A stretch of 64,000 nucleotides of DNA from a virus: positions 1-64,000 of the IMG/VR virus record IMGVR_UViG_3300028388_003025; one strand, 5' to 3'. The position numbers were made by a program, and so were the translations under genes. The notes beneath the pieces were generated by a model. That model did no database searches and was not told where the DNA came from. It saw nothing but the letters and a program-made list of their open reading frames with translations. Positions 50,183-61,029 of this stretch are shown one piece after another. The first letter of the stretch is position 1. Each line of letters opens with the position of its first letter.

Positions 50183-51060
50183 TGCAAGGATATACTTACG
50201 AAGGTGCAATATCAGACCTAACTGCAATGGACTCAATGCCAGGGACTTATACTCGTCGCGGAGATGTTCAAGGCAAAGTCCATAGTATTGCAAAGAACGC
50301 TACAACAAGCATCAGAGCCTTCAAGGGCTTTGTGGTTAGCGATAGGCCTTACACAAACTCTGATGGTATTGCATTAATGAAGGTAAGGAATCCCAGGTCG
50401 CTAACAATAGAATGTAAGTTATCTACACCTATAGGCGGTAGAGATAGAGTAAGGGACTACACTCCTACAAAGGGAGATGTTGTTTACTGTATTCACTGCA
50501 TGGATGATGACTATCCAATTATTTTCGCATTTCCTAATGGACACTCAGGTAATAGGCAGTGGGCAAGACTTGAGCCTGGCGAAGAGCGTGATGTTTACAG
50601 AAATAAAACATATATGTGGCATAAGATAAATGGTAGTTGCAACTTTAATATTCGTAATAATTATTTATTAGAAGTTGCCAATGACTTTAAATCTATAATC
50701 AAAAACAATTACACACTTGAAGTTAAAGATACTATCAATATATCTTCAGTAGATAGGACCTGGATATACGCAGGCTCATTCCTTAATCTTAAATCAGCTA
50801 AGAATGTTAATATAAGATCAGAGTGGTCTTCTATAAATATGCGTGCAGCTAAAAACTTTTGGGCCCAGATAGATGGAAAAGTTGAGCTGAAATGTGCTAA
50901 TATACTACTAGGGGCTAGTGAAGGACATGAGTTGGCGCTTAAAGGAACGACAGCGCAGCTTGAGTTTAATACTCATACGCATATAGGTAATTTAGGTTTT
51001 CCTACTGCACCACCAACTGTCCCAATGAATGCGTTAGCATCGGAGGTAAAAGTTGTATAG
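50182..51060 (+). CDS. Baseplate central spike (gpV/gp5-like)
   Basis: OB-like PTKGDVV, beta-helix repeats, C-terminal FNTHTH motif. Confidence 0.85.
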   Translation: MQGYTYEGAISDLTAMDSMPGTYTRRGDVQGKVHSIAKNATTSIRAFKGFVVSDRPYTNSDGIALMKVRNPRSLTIECKLSTPIGGRDRVRDYTPTKGDVVYCIHCMDDDYPIIFAFPNGHSGNRQWARLEPGEERDVYRNKTYMWHKINGSCNFNIRNNYLLEVANDFKSIIKNNYTLEVKDTINISSVDRTWIYAGSFLNLKSAKNVNIRSEWSSINMRAAKNFWAQIDGKVELKCANILLGASEGHELALKGTTAQLEFNTHTHIGNLGFPTAPPTVPMNALASEVKVV

Positions 51061-51466
51061 TGTCCCTAATGATATAATGCTTGACACAGAAACGAACGAA
51101 CTTACGTTTAATGCTCGTGGCGATCTAATGACAGCAGCTGACCTCGTTGGTGAAGATAATAAGATAAATGCAAGCGTTAAGCAATGGGTTAGAAATAGAA
51201 TTTTACTTGATTACTTAAATGGACACCCAGAGCTTGAGAGTTTAAATAACTATGTAAGCGAATTAAATACAGACAATCTAGAGGTCTCAACGCTTTCTAC
51301 TATAAATAAGTATATAGAAACTGCGCTTCTTGAGAATGAGTTCATAGAATCTGTATCAGTATCAACATCTCAAGATAAGGAAGACTTATCTTTGATATTA
51401 AATATAGATTATGTTGTATATGCGTCAGCATCTACTGATAGTTTACAAGCAATTTGGGAGGTTTAG
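51053..51466 (+). CDS. Baseplate wedge protein (gp25/gpW-like)
   Basis: Position; GDL.., IETALLENEFIESVSV. Confidence 0.7.
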   Translation: MYSVPNDIMLDTETNELTFNARGDLMTAADLVGEDNKINASVKQWVRNRILLDYLNGHPELESLNNYVSELNTDNLEVSTLSTINKYIETALLENEFIESVSVSTSQDKEDLSLILNIDYVVYASASTDSLQAIWEV

Positions 51467-51467
51467 G

Positions 51468-52571
51468 ATGGGATTTTTACCAATAGGGCTGGAGCTTTTA
51501 ACTTATGACCAGATAGTCAACGATATAGTTGATGTATTTGATGCAGAGGACAAACATGCTACAGACGCAAGAACAATAGGATCAGTTCAAAGAACATATA
51601 TAGAAGCTATAGCGTTACAAATATTTAAGATACATAACAGACAAAGAAAATTAATGTCTCGTCCACACTGGGCATCGGCATCTGGTAAAGATCTAGATGA
51701 TTTAGCTGCAGGATATGGGCTCACAAGGGAAGATGCATCAAAATCTTCTGGTCCATTAACCTTCTATAGAAGCACAGCAACACAGCCAATCCTAATTCCT
51801 GCAGGAACAAGGGTAGTTAGACCAGCCTCTGGTAGCGTTGAGGAGCTTGGATACTATACATTGTCAGACGTATATCTAGGCATTGGCGTAGCGTCTCAAA
51901 CAGTTGATGTCGAGGCGGAGTCTACAGGAGAAGTTGGAAACACTGGCATAAGAACAATTACACAAACTAGCGTAGCGGGAATCACTGGCGCTTATAACCC
52001 ATCTGAATATACTAATGGCAGAGACATAGAAAGTGATGATGAGTTAAGAAGAAGATTATCATTGCTGTTTGCATCAATGCAGAAAGCAACTATTGATGCA
52101 ATTAAATTCGCTGCATTCTCAGTGGCTGGAGTTGACTCTGTTGTTATATCAGAGAATGATCCATACCCTGGATATATAAAAGTATATACTTCAGACGAGA
52201 ACGGTATTCAAACGCTGAGCACAAAGCTTGCCGTTGAGGATGCTATAGAGGAATATAAAGCTGCAGGCATTACTGTTGTTGTAGACAAGCCTCAAATAAG
52301 ATATGAAGCAATAACTGTTCAGGTCAATATAGTAGATCCAACATTATATGTAGATGTAAAAGACGAACTTGAACTATCTCTAACTAATTGGCTTAATCAG
52401 TTTGCCATGGGAGAAGCATTGTTAATATCAGAGATAATTGCAAAACTTCATGAGAGTTCAAATGTTTATAATGTTGAGTCAGTAGTTGCACCAGCGACAG
52501 ACATAGAGCCATTAAACAATCAAATAATAAGGCCATCTTCAATTAATGTGGAGATAACAAATGCCGCTTAA
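51468..52571 (+). CDS. Baseplate J-like protein
   Basis: ASGKDLDDLA, IPAGTRV, TGEVGN, GRDIESDDELRRR; start after GGAGG. Confidence 0.92.
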   Translation: MGFLPIGLELLTYDQIVNDIVDVFDAEDKHATDARTIGSVQRTYIEAIALQIFKIHNRQRKLMSRPHWASASGKDLDDLAAGYGLTREDASKSSGPLTFYRSTATQPILIPAGTRVVRPASGSVEELGYYTLSDVYLGIGVASQTVDVEAESTGEVGNTGIRTITQTSVAGITGAYNPSEYTNGRDIESDDELRRRLSLLFASMQKATIDAIKFAAFSVAGVDSVVISENDPYPGYIKVYTSDENGIQTLSTKLAVEDAIEEYKAAGITVVVDKPQIRYEAITVQVNIVDPTLYVDVKDELELSLTNWLNQFAMGEALLISEIIAKLHESSNVYNVESVVAPATDIEPLNNQIIRPSSINVEITNAA

Positions 52572-53685
52572 TAAGTTTCTAGAGTCAACAGTAAAAGTAG
52601 ACAAGACTACTGCGCTGAAGGTTCTGGAATCATTGCCAGAGCCAATGCAACCTACGTTATTAAAGAATGGCGCTGGTATACTAGAGAGTCCTACATACTT
52701 ATTTCTCCACAAGCTTTTCAAAGACTATGTGGATAAGTTTAATCAAGAATATAATGAGATGTATAACGGGCTGACGCTTAAGACTGCCTATGGGTTTTGG
52801 TTAAAGATGTATGGAGCTTCTGTAAACATTGCACCTATATCTGGAGAGACTATAGAGAATCAATATACCTCAGACGAGACTGTTGTAGTAGAAGTTGATG
52901 AAATAGTTAAGGTTGTTTTAGGGCATTCAGCTGGAGGAGCTGAGCTTCATTATTATAAAAGACTTAATACTCAGCTTCCGTTAACAGACTTATCAACAAT
53001 TGATTTCACTTCTTTAGACTGGCAAGATGTAACTACATATGATGAACCAGAGGCTACATTTAAAGCAAGAATAATAAATGAAATATTTAAAAACAAGGTA
53101 TCAAATATTGCAATCAAGGATGCACTGCAACCTTTTTCCTCTACTGAGGTTTTTGTTCTTGATAAGCTAGGAGCTTCGGCATCTTCAAGCATTGGAATAC
53201 AAACAATACCGTCCGAACTCCCATTCCTTTCTTATGACGAACAAGAGATATACACTTCACTATCTTCAGATATTGATTCATCAGTGCTTACAATCCAGCT
53301 TGATGACACTTCGTTCTTCCCAGACTCTGGCGTGATACAGATCGGTCAGGAGTATATGTTATATAGTTCAAAGGATTCTAGTAATATATACGTAGAAGAA
53401 AGAGGATATGCAGAAACTTCTGCAGCTCCTCACTATGCAACAAATAGAGTTTACTATGCTACTAGATTTTTTAATATGTTTCTCGATGCCTTTAATGTTT
53501 TAGGTGGCCTAACGACAGACGCTGATGGAAATCCTGCTGTAAGCGGTGCCTTTGAGTTTGATATATATATCACACCATATCCCAATACTGACAATACAAT
53601 AAAGACAATTACTAATATCGTCAACTCTTTTAAAGCATCTGGAACTAAGTTCAATCTTAAAATCGGGTTGCCCTATAGTGGCTAG
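52561..53685 (+). CDS. Baseplate wedge protein (gpI-like) with insertions
   Basis: TAYGFWL..YG, EPEATFKARI, FKASGTKF. Confidence 0.7.
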   Translation: MPLNKFLESTVKVDKTTALKVLESLPEPMQPTLLKNGAGILESPTYLFLHKLFKDYVDKFNQEYNEMYNGLTLKTAYGFWLKMYGASVNIAPISGETIENQYTSDETVVVEVDEIVKVVLGHSAGGAELHYYKRLNTQLPLTDLSTIDFTSLDWQDVTTYDEPEATFKARIINEIFKNKVSNIAIKDALQPFSSTEVFVLDKLGASASSSIGIQTIPSELPFLSYDEQEIYTSLSSDIDSSVLTIQLDDTSFFPDSGVIQIGQEYMLYSSKDSSNIYVEERGYAETSAAPHYATNRVYYATRFFNMFLDAFNVLGGLTTDADGNPAVSGAFEFDIYITPYPNTDNTIKTITNIVNSFKASGTKFNLKIGLPYSG

Positions 53686-53703
53686 AAAGGTTATAATTAG
53701 AAT

Positions 53704-54162
53704 ATGCCAGGCTCATTAATTACAGTTCGTGAATACACAGAAAACGACACAGAGATGTCCATCTTTGACTTCGGTTATATAGCTCAAGATCAGATAGGAT
53801 TCTCTAAGCGATTAGTAATATATAACAACTACGATGCGCTTGCTAACGTTGGTGACGCACTAGCTGTTAATATATGTGCCTATGACGATGAAGACAAGAA
53901 CGCTGCAACAGAGCCAATAGTTGGTAAATGGATAGAAGCTAGACAAGTTGAATACAATGGCGTAGCTCTTGATGATCAGCCTTGGACTCCGATAGGCGGA
54001 TCAAATAAGCTTCTGCTTCCTTATAACTCAGCGAAGATAAATGGATCTGACGGAGAGCGTGGATCAAGCACTATTATAGAACTGAGGATGAATATTCCTC
54101 ACGACATTACAATATATGGCGAATACAAACCGTATATATGCCTAGAATATGAGGAAGCTTAA
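53704..54162 (+). CDS. Hypothetical virion protein (leaderless)
   Basis: TATAAT-N6-ATG; coupled to fibre gene. Confidence 0.75.
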   Translation: MPGSLITVREYTENDTEMSIFDFGYIAQDQIGFSKRLVIYNNYDALANVGDALAVNICAYDDEDKNAATEPIVGKWIEARQVEYNGVALDDQPWTPIGGSNKLLLPYNSAKINGSDGERGSSTIIELRMNIPHDITIYGEYKPYICLEYEEA

Positions 54163-57100
54163 TGGTAAAAGGTAAACAAGTATACTCAGCTGGTGAGCTA
54201 TATACAACGTCAGCAGTAAATCAAGAACAATTAGATAGAGAGATTGGAGATAGCAATCTAATATCAGACCTTATAACCAAGGGCAAGGTAATAATTGGAG
54301 ACACAGGCTTAAAGGGAGTTGCTGGATCTTCAGAATTTTCTATAAACCCAGGCACGGCATATGCATTGCAGAGTAATGATATTGTAAGGCGTATAGCCCT
54401 TGAATCTTTTATTGAATACGAGCCTCAAATGTCTGTTGATAAGAACACAGTTGTTGTGGATCACAAGATAAAACCTGGCGGCACAGTGAGAGTTTACAAA
54501 GCTTTCGCAGCAAACAGATTCATCGAGATGGAATCAGTTGGCGAAGGCGATGGGACTATCGCTCAATTTGATTTACAATATGTTTCCGATGGCGACGATG
54601 CTGATCCTAATTTTGTATATATAAACGAGAACGCTATCGATCCTTCTAAGTGGTTCTTTACAACTGGATCTAATGGTCAGTCTCAAAAAGCAATTAAATT
54701 TAATCAAACAACTTCAGAGATAGAAACAGATAACGCTCAGGCAGATTGGAACCTGACAGGGCTTATATTAAAACTATCTCTCTTTAATCCAGCAACACTC
54801 AGCTTTATAAACGTAGATGTTAACTTTGTTGGCGCGAATCCGCTTGCAACTAATGATGTTGTTGCGCAAATTCAATCAGCAATAAACAATGCTGGCATGA
54901 ATCCTTATTATCAAGCGACGACAAGCGCAAGTAAGATAAGTATATCAAGTATAAATACAGGCTTTGACAAGAGAATTAAAATAATTTCAAGCGGTAGCAC
55001 AGCAATAGGCGTTGGGCTTCTAGAATACAGTGGAGCAAATTTAGACACAGAGGTTGCTGGCTCTGGTGAGGTTACATTATATGATAGGGTTTATTGTTCT
55101 TACACTAGATATTATAAGGATTATTATGGAAGCTTTAGCTTAACCGACTATAAAACAATAACGCTTAATGATGATCTAACTAGTGAAGAGGATCAGAATG
55201 AATCAATTCCAGTTATCGTAGAATATGAGCCAGACCTTACATATTATTATGGTGGTGATGAATACTCAATAGCAGCTCTGCCATCTAGTGGTAATAGCCG
55301 ATATGATTTAGTATACATCGAGTTTAAAGAAGATAAAAAATACCATGAACAATTCTTTTTCAATACTGATACATTAGCACCAGAAAGAAAAACATCTCTA
55401 TCTAGAAATGTATATAGTTATGAGATTAAAGTTTTATCAGCAGCAGAGGCCGCTACGAATCCTCCGCATGTTGATATTGACGATTTATTAAATTCATCAA
55501 CTGGTGTTAGTCCATATGCCATACCACTATTTGAGGTTCTAGTAACTGATGCTGGCGCTGTTTCTATAGAGAATAACATTATAGGTTCGGTTACTGGCAC
55601 TCAGGACGTAAACTATTTAAGACTATCTGACTATAGGTTCTATAATTCAAACCTAGATAATTTTAGACGAAGAGAAATTGATGTTCCAATAAAAGAACAA
55701 TGGACAGTCACTACAGGCAATTCAACTCAGATATTAAACTTTGACGAAGAGTATGGATATTGCATAGCAGATGATTATGTTACAGTTGCTGACCAGAACC
55801 CTAGTGGAGATCTTGTATATAGAGATGCAGCTGGAGCTCCTGCGGCAGAAGATATTGATAACTTAATATTCGCAAAGATAACAACAGCAACTCCTGGTTC
55901 CGAAGAAGTCACGTTCTATCGTGGCGATCCAAATGGAACTCTCGGTGTTGACTATAATGTATTCACAACAGCTTCAAATGAAGACTGGATTCTTAACTAC
56001 TATATAAGATCAACGATAGAAAGAATGCCTGTTGATATTTTAAAAACACTATCAACAAACGGAATGGCAATAGATTCTGGCGCATTAACTGAAACAGCTA
56101 AGAACTTAAGAAAGCTTAGGGTAGACTTTAATACTGTAATGAACGGCAAGCTTACCTATATTAAGAGTTTGCAAGAAATAAAATGGACAGCAACCAGATT
56201 CTTATTTAGAGACATAGATGGTTCTTCTGTCAATACTCTAACAGCCAGTGCGGCCAATGTTGCAATAGCTGACGGAGAATATGCTTATGTTATATTTGAC
56301 AGAACTGGCGCCACTGTATTAAATGATGAAGTAAAAGTGGACTCAAACCCTTGGGCCCTACATCCTGATTATGAAAACGATTTAATAATTCTTGGCGTAA
56401 GAGATGGGCAAGACTTCTTTTATGCAAATGATTCTAATAGTGGTACTGGCGGTGGCGGAGAGTGGGTTGAAGAAGTCAATGCTCCAGCCACAATGACTGG
56501 TTCAAATCAGCTAGTTATACCAGACGCAGACGACGTTGCTGATTCTATATATTCTATTGGAAGGTTTGTCAGAATTGAAACAGTTGAAGGACTGGGTGCT
56601 GAAAATTATTACTATGCTCAAATATCTGCAGTAGCTAGTGCTCCACCAAACTTCACAATAGATATAGAGAATGTTCAAGATAAAGATGGAACATCACAAA
56701 CAATTACTAGCGGAGCTACAATATTATCTTTTAAATATGTTGCCATGCAGATGAAATATATGGGAATAAACAATGATGTCAACCCACAGAACAAAGCCTT
56801 GCTAGATCACGTAAGTGACTTTTCAATTCACAATTCTTTTAAATATGTATTTAACACAGAGAATCTTTCATCACAAATTGGTGTAGGGGGATCCGGATTA
56901 TCCTTTACAATGACTTCTGATGGAGAGACAGACTCTATAGTTGTATATCATAATGGTGTTTTACTTGATCCTGCAAGTGAGTATACTGTTAATTCAACAA
57001 ACTCTTTTACAATTATTGGCAACGTTGATCCTGATGATAGCGTTTTCGTATCATATGCACTGCTAGGTCAGGAGCAAGGATTCGTGTTTAATGAAGACTT

Positions 57101-57956
57101 GGGCGTTCAAGGCATAGGAAGCGTGTTCACAACAGCACAAGAATTCGTTCCATCATCTATAATGGTATTTAGGAATGGCGGTTATTTAACCTTAGGTAGT
57201 ACTCCAAATGGATATACTGTAACAGATTCAAATGAAATAACATTAGGCAGTGCTTTGACTGCTGGAGAAACTCTTGTTGTGCACTATGATATAGCTGGAG
57301 GAGATACGAACTTTGTCATATTCAATGAGAACGTTTCTAGTCAAGCACCAGGATCTACATTCTCTTTAGTCAACGCGTTTTTTCCAGACTCATTAATGGT
57401 CATAAGAAACGGGCAGGTACTAACACAAGGAATAGACCCAGGAGACTTTACGGTTTCTGGAACAAGAACATTTACCCTCAATACTCCAGCAGAAAGCTGG
57501 GAATCTATAGTCGTTACATACAATAGACAATGGACTACAGTTGCTGCACTTATAGATTTAACAGATGTAAATCTAGAAAGCCCTGCAGAAGGAGATGTTC
57601 TTACATATAATGCAACTTCTGAGAAGTGGGAAAATACAGTTCAAAAAGAATATATTACGCTTAAGGCAATGGTTCCTTCAGTAAGTTCTTATCTAGACAT
57701 AGCATCTATTCCTTGGGACGGAACTATAACTGGAGTAAAAATCAAGTGTGACCAAGGTACTGCAAACTTAACTGCTAGTCTATATAAAAATGGCGCCAGC
57801 TTAGTCGCTGGACCGACAGCATTATTAAATAATAACTGGACAGATCCAGGCCCATTGGCAAACACGTCTGTTGTAATAGGGGATACACTTAACTTAGATG
57901 TTTCTTCTTACACAACAGGAACAGTGTTACTTATTGAGGTTGAAATAACCCGATAA
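54162..57956 (+). CDS. Tail fibre / receptor-binding protein
   Basis: 1264 aa after baseplate; SRYDLVYI; three tandem VxxNG repeats; LIDLTDV...GDVLTYN...WEN. Confidence 0.78.
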   Translation: MVKGKQVYSAGELYTTSAVNQEQLDREIGDSNLISDLITKGKVIIGDTGLKGVAGSSEFSINPGTAYALQSNDIVRRIALESFIEYEPQMSVDKNTVVVDHKIKPGGTVRVYKAFAANRFIEMESVGEGDGTIAQFDLQYVSDGDDADPNFVYINENAIDPSKWFFTTGSNGQSQKAIKFNQTTSEIETDNAQADWNLTGLILKLSLFNPATLSFINVDVNFVGANPLATNDVVAQIQSAINNAGMNPYYQATTSASKISISSINTGFDKRIKIISSGSTAIGVGLLEYSGANLDTEVAGSGEVTLYDRVYCSYTRYYKDYYGSFSLTDYKTITLNDDLTSEEDQNESIPVIVEYEPDLTYYYGGDEYSIAALPSSGNSRYDLVYIEFKEDKKYHEQFFFNTDTLAPERKTSLSRNVYSYEIKVLSAAEAATNPPHVDIDDLLNSSTGVSPYAIPLFEVLVTDAGAVSIENNIIGSVTGTQDVNYLRLSDYRFYNSNLDNFRRREIDVPIKEQWTVTTGNSTQILNFDEEYGYCIADDYVTVADQNPSGDLVYRDAAGAPAAEDIDNLIFAKITTATPGSEEVTFYRGDPNGTLGVDYNVFTTASNEDWILNYYIRSTIERMPVDILKTLSTNGMAIDSGALTETAKNLRKLRVDFNTVMNGKLTYIKSLQEIKWTATRFLFRDIDGSSVNTLTASAANVAIADGEYAYVIFDRTGATVLNDEVKVDSNPWALHPDYENDLIILGVRDGQDFFYANDSNSGTGGGGEWVEEVNAPATMTGSNQLVIPDADDVADSIYSIGRFVRIETVEGLGAENYYYAQISAVASAPPNFTIDIENVQDKDGTSQTITSGATILSFKYVAMQMKYMGINNDVNPQNKALLDHVSDFSIHNSFKYVFNTENLSSQIGVGGSGLSFTMTSDGETDSIVVYHNGVLLDPASEYTVNSTNSFTIIGNVDPDDSVFVSYALLGQEQGFVFNEDLGVQGIGSVFTTAQEFVPSSIMVFRNGGYLTLGSTPNGYTVTDSNEITLGSALTAGETLVVHYDIAGGDTNFVIFNENVSSQAPGSTFSLVNAFFPDSLMVIRNGQVLTQGIDPGDFTVSGTRTFTLNTPAESWESIVVTYNRQWTTVAALIDLTDVNLESPAEGDVLTYNATSEKWENTVQKEYITLKAMVPSVSSYLDIASIPWDGTITGVKIKCDQGTANLTASLYKNGASLVAGPTALLNNNWTDPGPLANTSVVIGDTLNLDVSSYTTGTVLLIEVEITR

Positions 57957-57987
57957 GCTCTGATATAATTTAAGTAAGGAGAAAATT

Positions 57988-58191
57988 ATGACAAGAGAAG
58001 GTTTAAGAGAAGTACAAGTAGCATTCTATTGGGGCGCTAAAACTGCAGCAGAAATAACTACAATAGAAGGATCGGGTGATGCAGCTGCTGGAGACCTTGT
58101 TTACAATAGCGACGACTCTTCCCTTCTTGTTTTCAATAGTACGTCTGGAACATTTGTAGCTCCATATGCCGAATGGTTCCCTGGTTCATAG
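57988..58191 (+). CDS. Small fibre-associated protein
   Basis: AAGGAG RBS; GDLVYNSD motif. Confidence 0.7.
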   Translation: MTREGLREVQVAFYWGAKTAAEITTIEGSGDAAAGDLVYNSDDSSLLVFNSTSGTFVAPYAEWFPGS

Positions 58192-58210
58192 TAAAATCTT
58201 GGAGGATTAA

Positions 58211-58813
58211 ATGAGTAATTTTGATATAAAAGAGATACAAGACAAACTTGATCTAGACTTTAAAAGTTTTGATAAAGGCAATGCCCCACAAGATGTTTTG
58301 TTTAACTATAAAGGTGAAAGCACAGAGAATAAGATAGAACTTTTCAAGCTTCTATTAACTCATGGCGCTGTCTTAAACAGCTCAATGCTTTCAAATCTTT
58401 GGTTTTTAATTAGATCTGGAGCAGACTTGTCAGATGATTTCTTTAAGTTAGATGCCGTATGGTTCAATGATCTTGAAGAATTTCTTGATATAAAAATAGA
58501 ATTGAAAAAAGAAATAGATATATTCACAAGAGAACTTGTTAAGTATTACCTTGCAGTTATGGCCTCTGCTTCATATGAAATGGAAGGCTCTGACGAAGGA
58601 GCCGAAGGAATTCCTTATACATTCCAAAGAGTATTGCTAAGCACTGACTTATTTTCTTTATCAAATTTAGTATACAAGGTTGATTTAAATACAAAAGATT
58701 TACCAATAGTTTCAGGCTCTGTAAAAATATTGAGTGCACTTGTTGGTAAAGCTAAATTTATAATGAGCTTTGCTGAAGATGTATTAAACAAATCTGTAGA
58801 GGTAGATAGGTAA
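58211..58813 (+). CDS. Hypothetical protein
   Basis: GGAGG RBS; TAATG coupling to next gene. Confidence 0.75.
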   Translation: MSNFDIKEIQDKLDLDFKSFDKGNAPQDVLFNYKGESTENKIELFKLLLTHGAVLNSSMLSNLWFLIRSGADLSDDFFKLDAVWFNDLEEFLDIKIELKKEIDIFTRELVKYYLAVMASASYEMEGSDEGAEGIPYTFQRVLLSTDLFSLSNLVYKVDLNTKDLPIVSGSVKILSALVGKAKFIMSFAEDVLNKSVEVDR

Positions 58814-59406
58814 TGGCGCCAACTATATCATATCAAGCAGTAATAGATGCAGTCTTGGCAGACATAGAAGCTAAGTGTTCTAATGTTGGAACAGACACTG
58901 TTCCTGCAGCTGCTAAAAGCGCTGTATATTATTCTGAGTCCGGAACCTATGATCTTGGTGGAGCTTTTGAATTAGGCGCGGGGATCAATTCTGTCCCTAC
59001 AATTTTAAACCTAGTTGCCGCAGCTACTGTTCAAACACAGCTTGATGCGTTTTTATTACTACATGGCATGGACAGTGCTAGTGGCAAGATGACATCCAAG
59101 TTCTTTTTTAGACTAATAAGTTTATTGGCATGCTTTTATTCTGCAAGAGTAGTACATGCAACATATGCTGCAGGTCAAAGTCTTGTTATATATAACTCAG
59201 GCGCTGTAACTTATAATACTCCAGTTGTCACTGATGATCAGAACCTTGTAACAATTACAGATATAAACGATTTAATAACAAACTTTAAAGATAATTATTC
59301 TAATGTTGACAACATTGCAAACCTAGGCTATTACACTTCTGCTACTAGCAGCAGTTCTAGCAGTTCTTCGTCGAACTTTATTGCCTATTTTAATTTAAAT
59401 GGATAA
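58813..59406 (+). CDS. Poly-Ser-tail protein A (Ser9, ends NFIAYFNLNG)
   Basis: Translation; paralog of 59420..60115. Confidence 0.85.
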   Translation: MAPTISYQAVIDAVLADIEAKCSNVGTDTVPAAAKSAVYYSESGTYDLGGAFELGAGINSVPTILNLVAAATVQTQLDAFLLLHGMDSASGKMTSKFFFRLISLLACFYSARVVHATYAAGQSLVIYNSGAVTYNTPVVTDDQNLVTITDINDLITNFKDNYSNVDNIANLGYYTSATSSSSSSSSSNFIAYFNLNG

Positions 59407-59419
59407 GGAGTATATATAA

Positions 59420-60115
59420 ATGTTTCCAAACTTGAAGACCTACGGACAACTATATGACGAAGGATTGGCTTATGTAAAAAGCATCTGCAAAAATATAGAC
59501 AGCTACGATGTGTCTGTTCCAGACTCCTTGAAACACGGAGCAATATTAACGAGAACTGCTCCACATAACTTGATTGACCCAGCCGTTGCAGCAACCCCAG
59601 CCCAGGTAGATTTAACACAGACTGCTATTGCCGCAACATCAACAGCAACAGTAGACTCTCAATACCAGGCATACTTCAATGCAAATGGTTTTACTACTGC
59701 ATCATCTACGTACGCAAACACTAAAGCAATCGTTAATTACATTTCACTTCTTAGTGCGTTTATAACTGCAAGATGCGTCACTGTAAAGAATCCAGAAGCT
59801 CCAGCAGAAGCTGAGGTTATGTATGACGATGGAGCTGTAACATATCCAACAACTGTAGAAAACAAATATAGTATTGATTACATACAAGAAGAAGATTTTG
59901 ATGCTCTTTACTCTACGTTCTTTGACTCAATGTCCAGCACTTTGAAGGTTCAGTTCGTAAGCTCTGCAGCAGCACTTAGCTCATCTTCATCCAGTTCGTC
60001 ATCATCTAGTTCGTCAAGCTCATCTAGCTCATCATCGTCTAGTTCTTCTAGCTCATCATCATCTAGCAGTAGCTCTAGCTGTTTGTTTGTAGCGTATTTC
60101 AACCTTAATGGATGA
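59420..60115 (+). CDS. Poly-Ser-tail protein B (Ser34, ends CLFVAYFNLNG)
   Basis: 34 Ser codons at 59978-60079; AAGGAG RBS. Confidence 0.88.
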   Translation: MFPNLKTYGQLYDEGLAYVKSICKNIDSYDVSVPDSLKHGAILTRTAPHNLIDPAVAATPAQVDLTQTAIAATSTATVDSQYQAYFNANGFTTASSTYANTKAIVNYISLLSAFITARCVTVKNPEAPAEAEVMYDDGAVTYPTTVENKYSIDYIQEEDFDALYSTFFDSMSSTLKVQFVSSAAALSSSSSSSSSSSSSSSSSSSSSSSSSSSSSSSSSSCLFVAYFNLNG

Positions 60116-61029
60116 GCTCCTATTTAAAGATTTTACAGTTTCTCTTATGGGAGAACTGTAGTAACGGGTGCGAATTTTGTCTGTTTAAAGATGGCAATTT
60201 TTACAATGAAGAAGAAAAAATATCCTCTATAGACAATGCTATTTCTATAATAAAGAAAAAAGAAACTATTGATAAGTATGACGGCGTCGGACTGATAGGC
60301 GGCGAGGTCCTTGAAAGACAAACTCCAGACGTTGAGTCTAAGTGGTTTGAATTAATAGACTATATAAATAGTAGCGAATATAAAACAGTGTGGCTAGCAA
60401 CCAGCTTATTGTATAAAGATAATTCTTTACTGCATGAAACAATAAACAGGCTTAAAGATGTACACATATATCTATGTACAAGCTTTGATGTTGAAGGTAG
60501 ATTCAATGAGATTAAAAAAGAAAATTGGCATAAGAATATAGCATCAATTGATTACGATAATGTCACGATCCACACATCAATTATATTAAATGATTCACTT
60601 ATTGATGCATTTAATAATCATAAGCGCCTTTTAGATAACGTACCAAACTTTAGCTTTATTGCCCCGCAATTAAATGCTACAGAACATTGGGGAAAAGATC
60701 TTAAAGACTATAATAGCCTTTTGAGAGAGCTACATAACACATATCACCCCGGCTTCTTTATAAAGAACAGGTCAGTTTTGTTAAAATTTGTTAGAGAATT
60801 TTTTATGCATTATGGTAAGAATATACTTAAACATTCAATTGAGATTAAAACGCATAGTTATGATACAATAATACCAAGCAGATTTTCTGAAGACTATTAT
60901 AAAGACAAGTGGTTGTCTTCAAGCAAGTTTAACCTTGGCTGTGGCCACGAGAATTATTCTAAATTTTATTTAGACTCAGACAAATGTGTGTTTTGTGATA
61001 TTGAGGAGGTTCTTAATTGCTTAGAGTAG
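60112..61029 (+). CDS. Radical SAM enzyme 1
   Basis: CSNGCEFC (CxxxCxxC), LIGGE, C-terminal CGH...CVFC. Confidence 0.88.
   Translation: MSSYLKILQFLLWENCSNGCEFCLFKDGNFYNEEEKISSIDNAISIIKKKETIDKYDGVGLIGGEVLERQTPDVESKWFELIDYINSSEYKTVWLATSLLYKDNSLLHETINRLKDVHIYLCTSFDVEGRFNEIKKENWHKNIASIDYDNVTIHTSIILNDSLIDAFNNHKRLLDNVPNFSFIAPQLNATEHWGKDLKDYNSLLRELHNTYHPGFFIKNRSVLLKFVREFFMHYGKNILKHSIEIKTHSYDTIIPSRFSEDYYKDKWLSSSKFNLGCGHENYSKFYLDSDKCVFCDIEEVLNCLE

Noticed and set aside
59978-60079. Poly-Ser as a microsatellite or assembly artefact
   Set aside because: Codons are heterogeneous (all six Ser codons), and a paralog has an independent tract.
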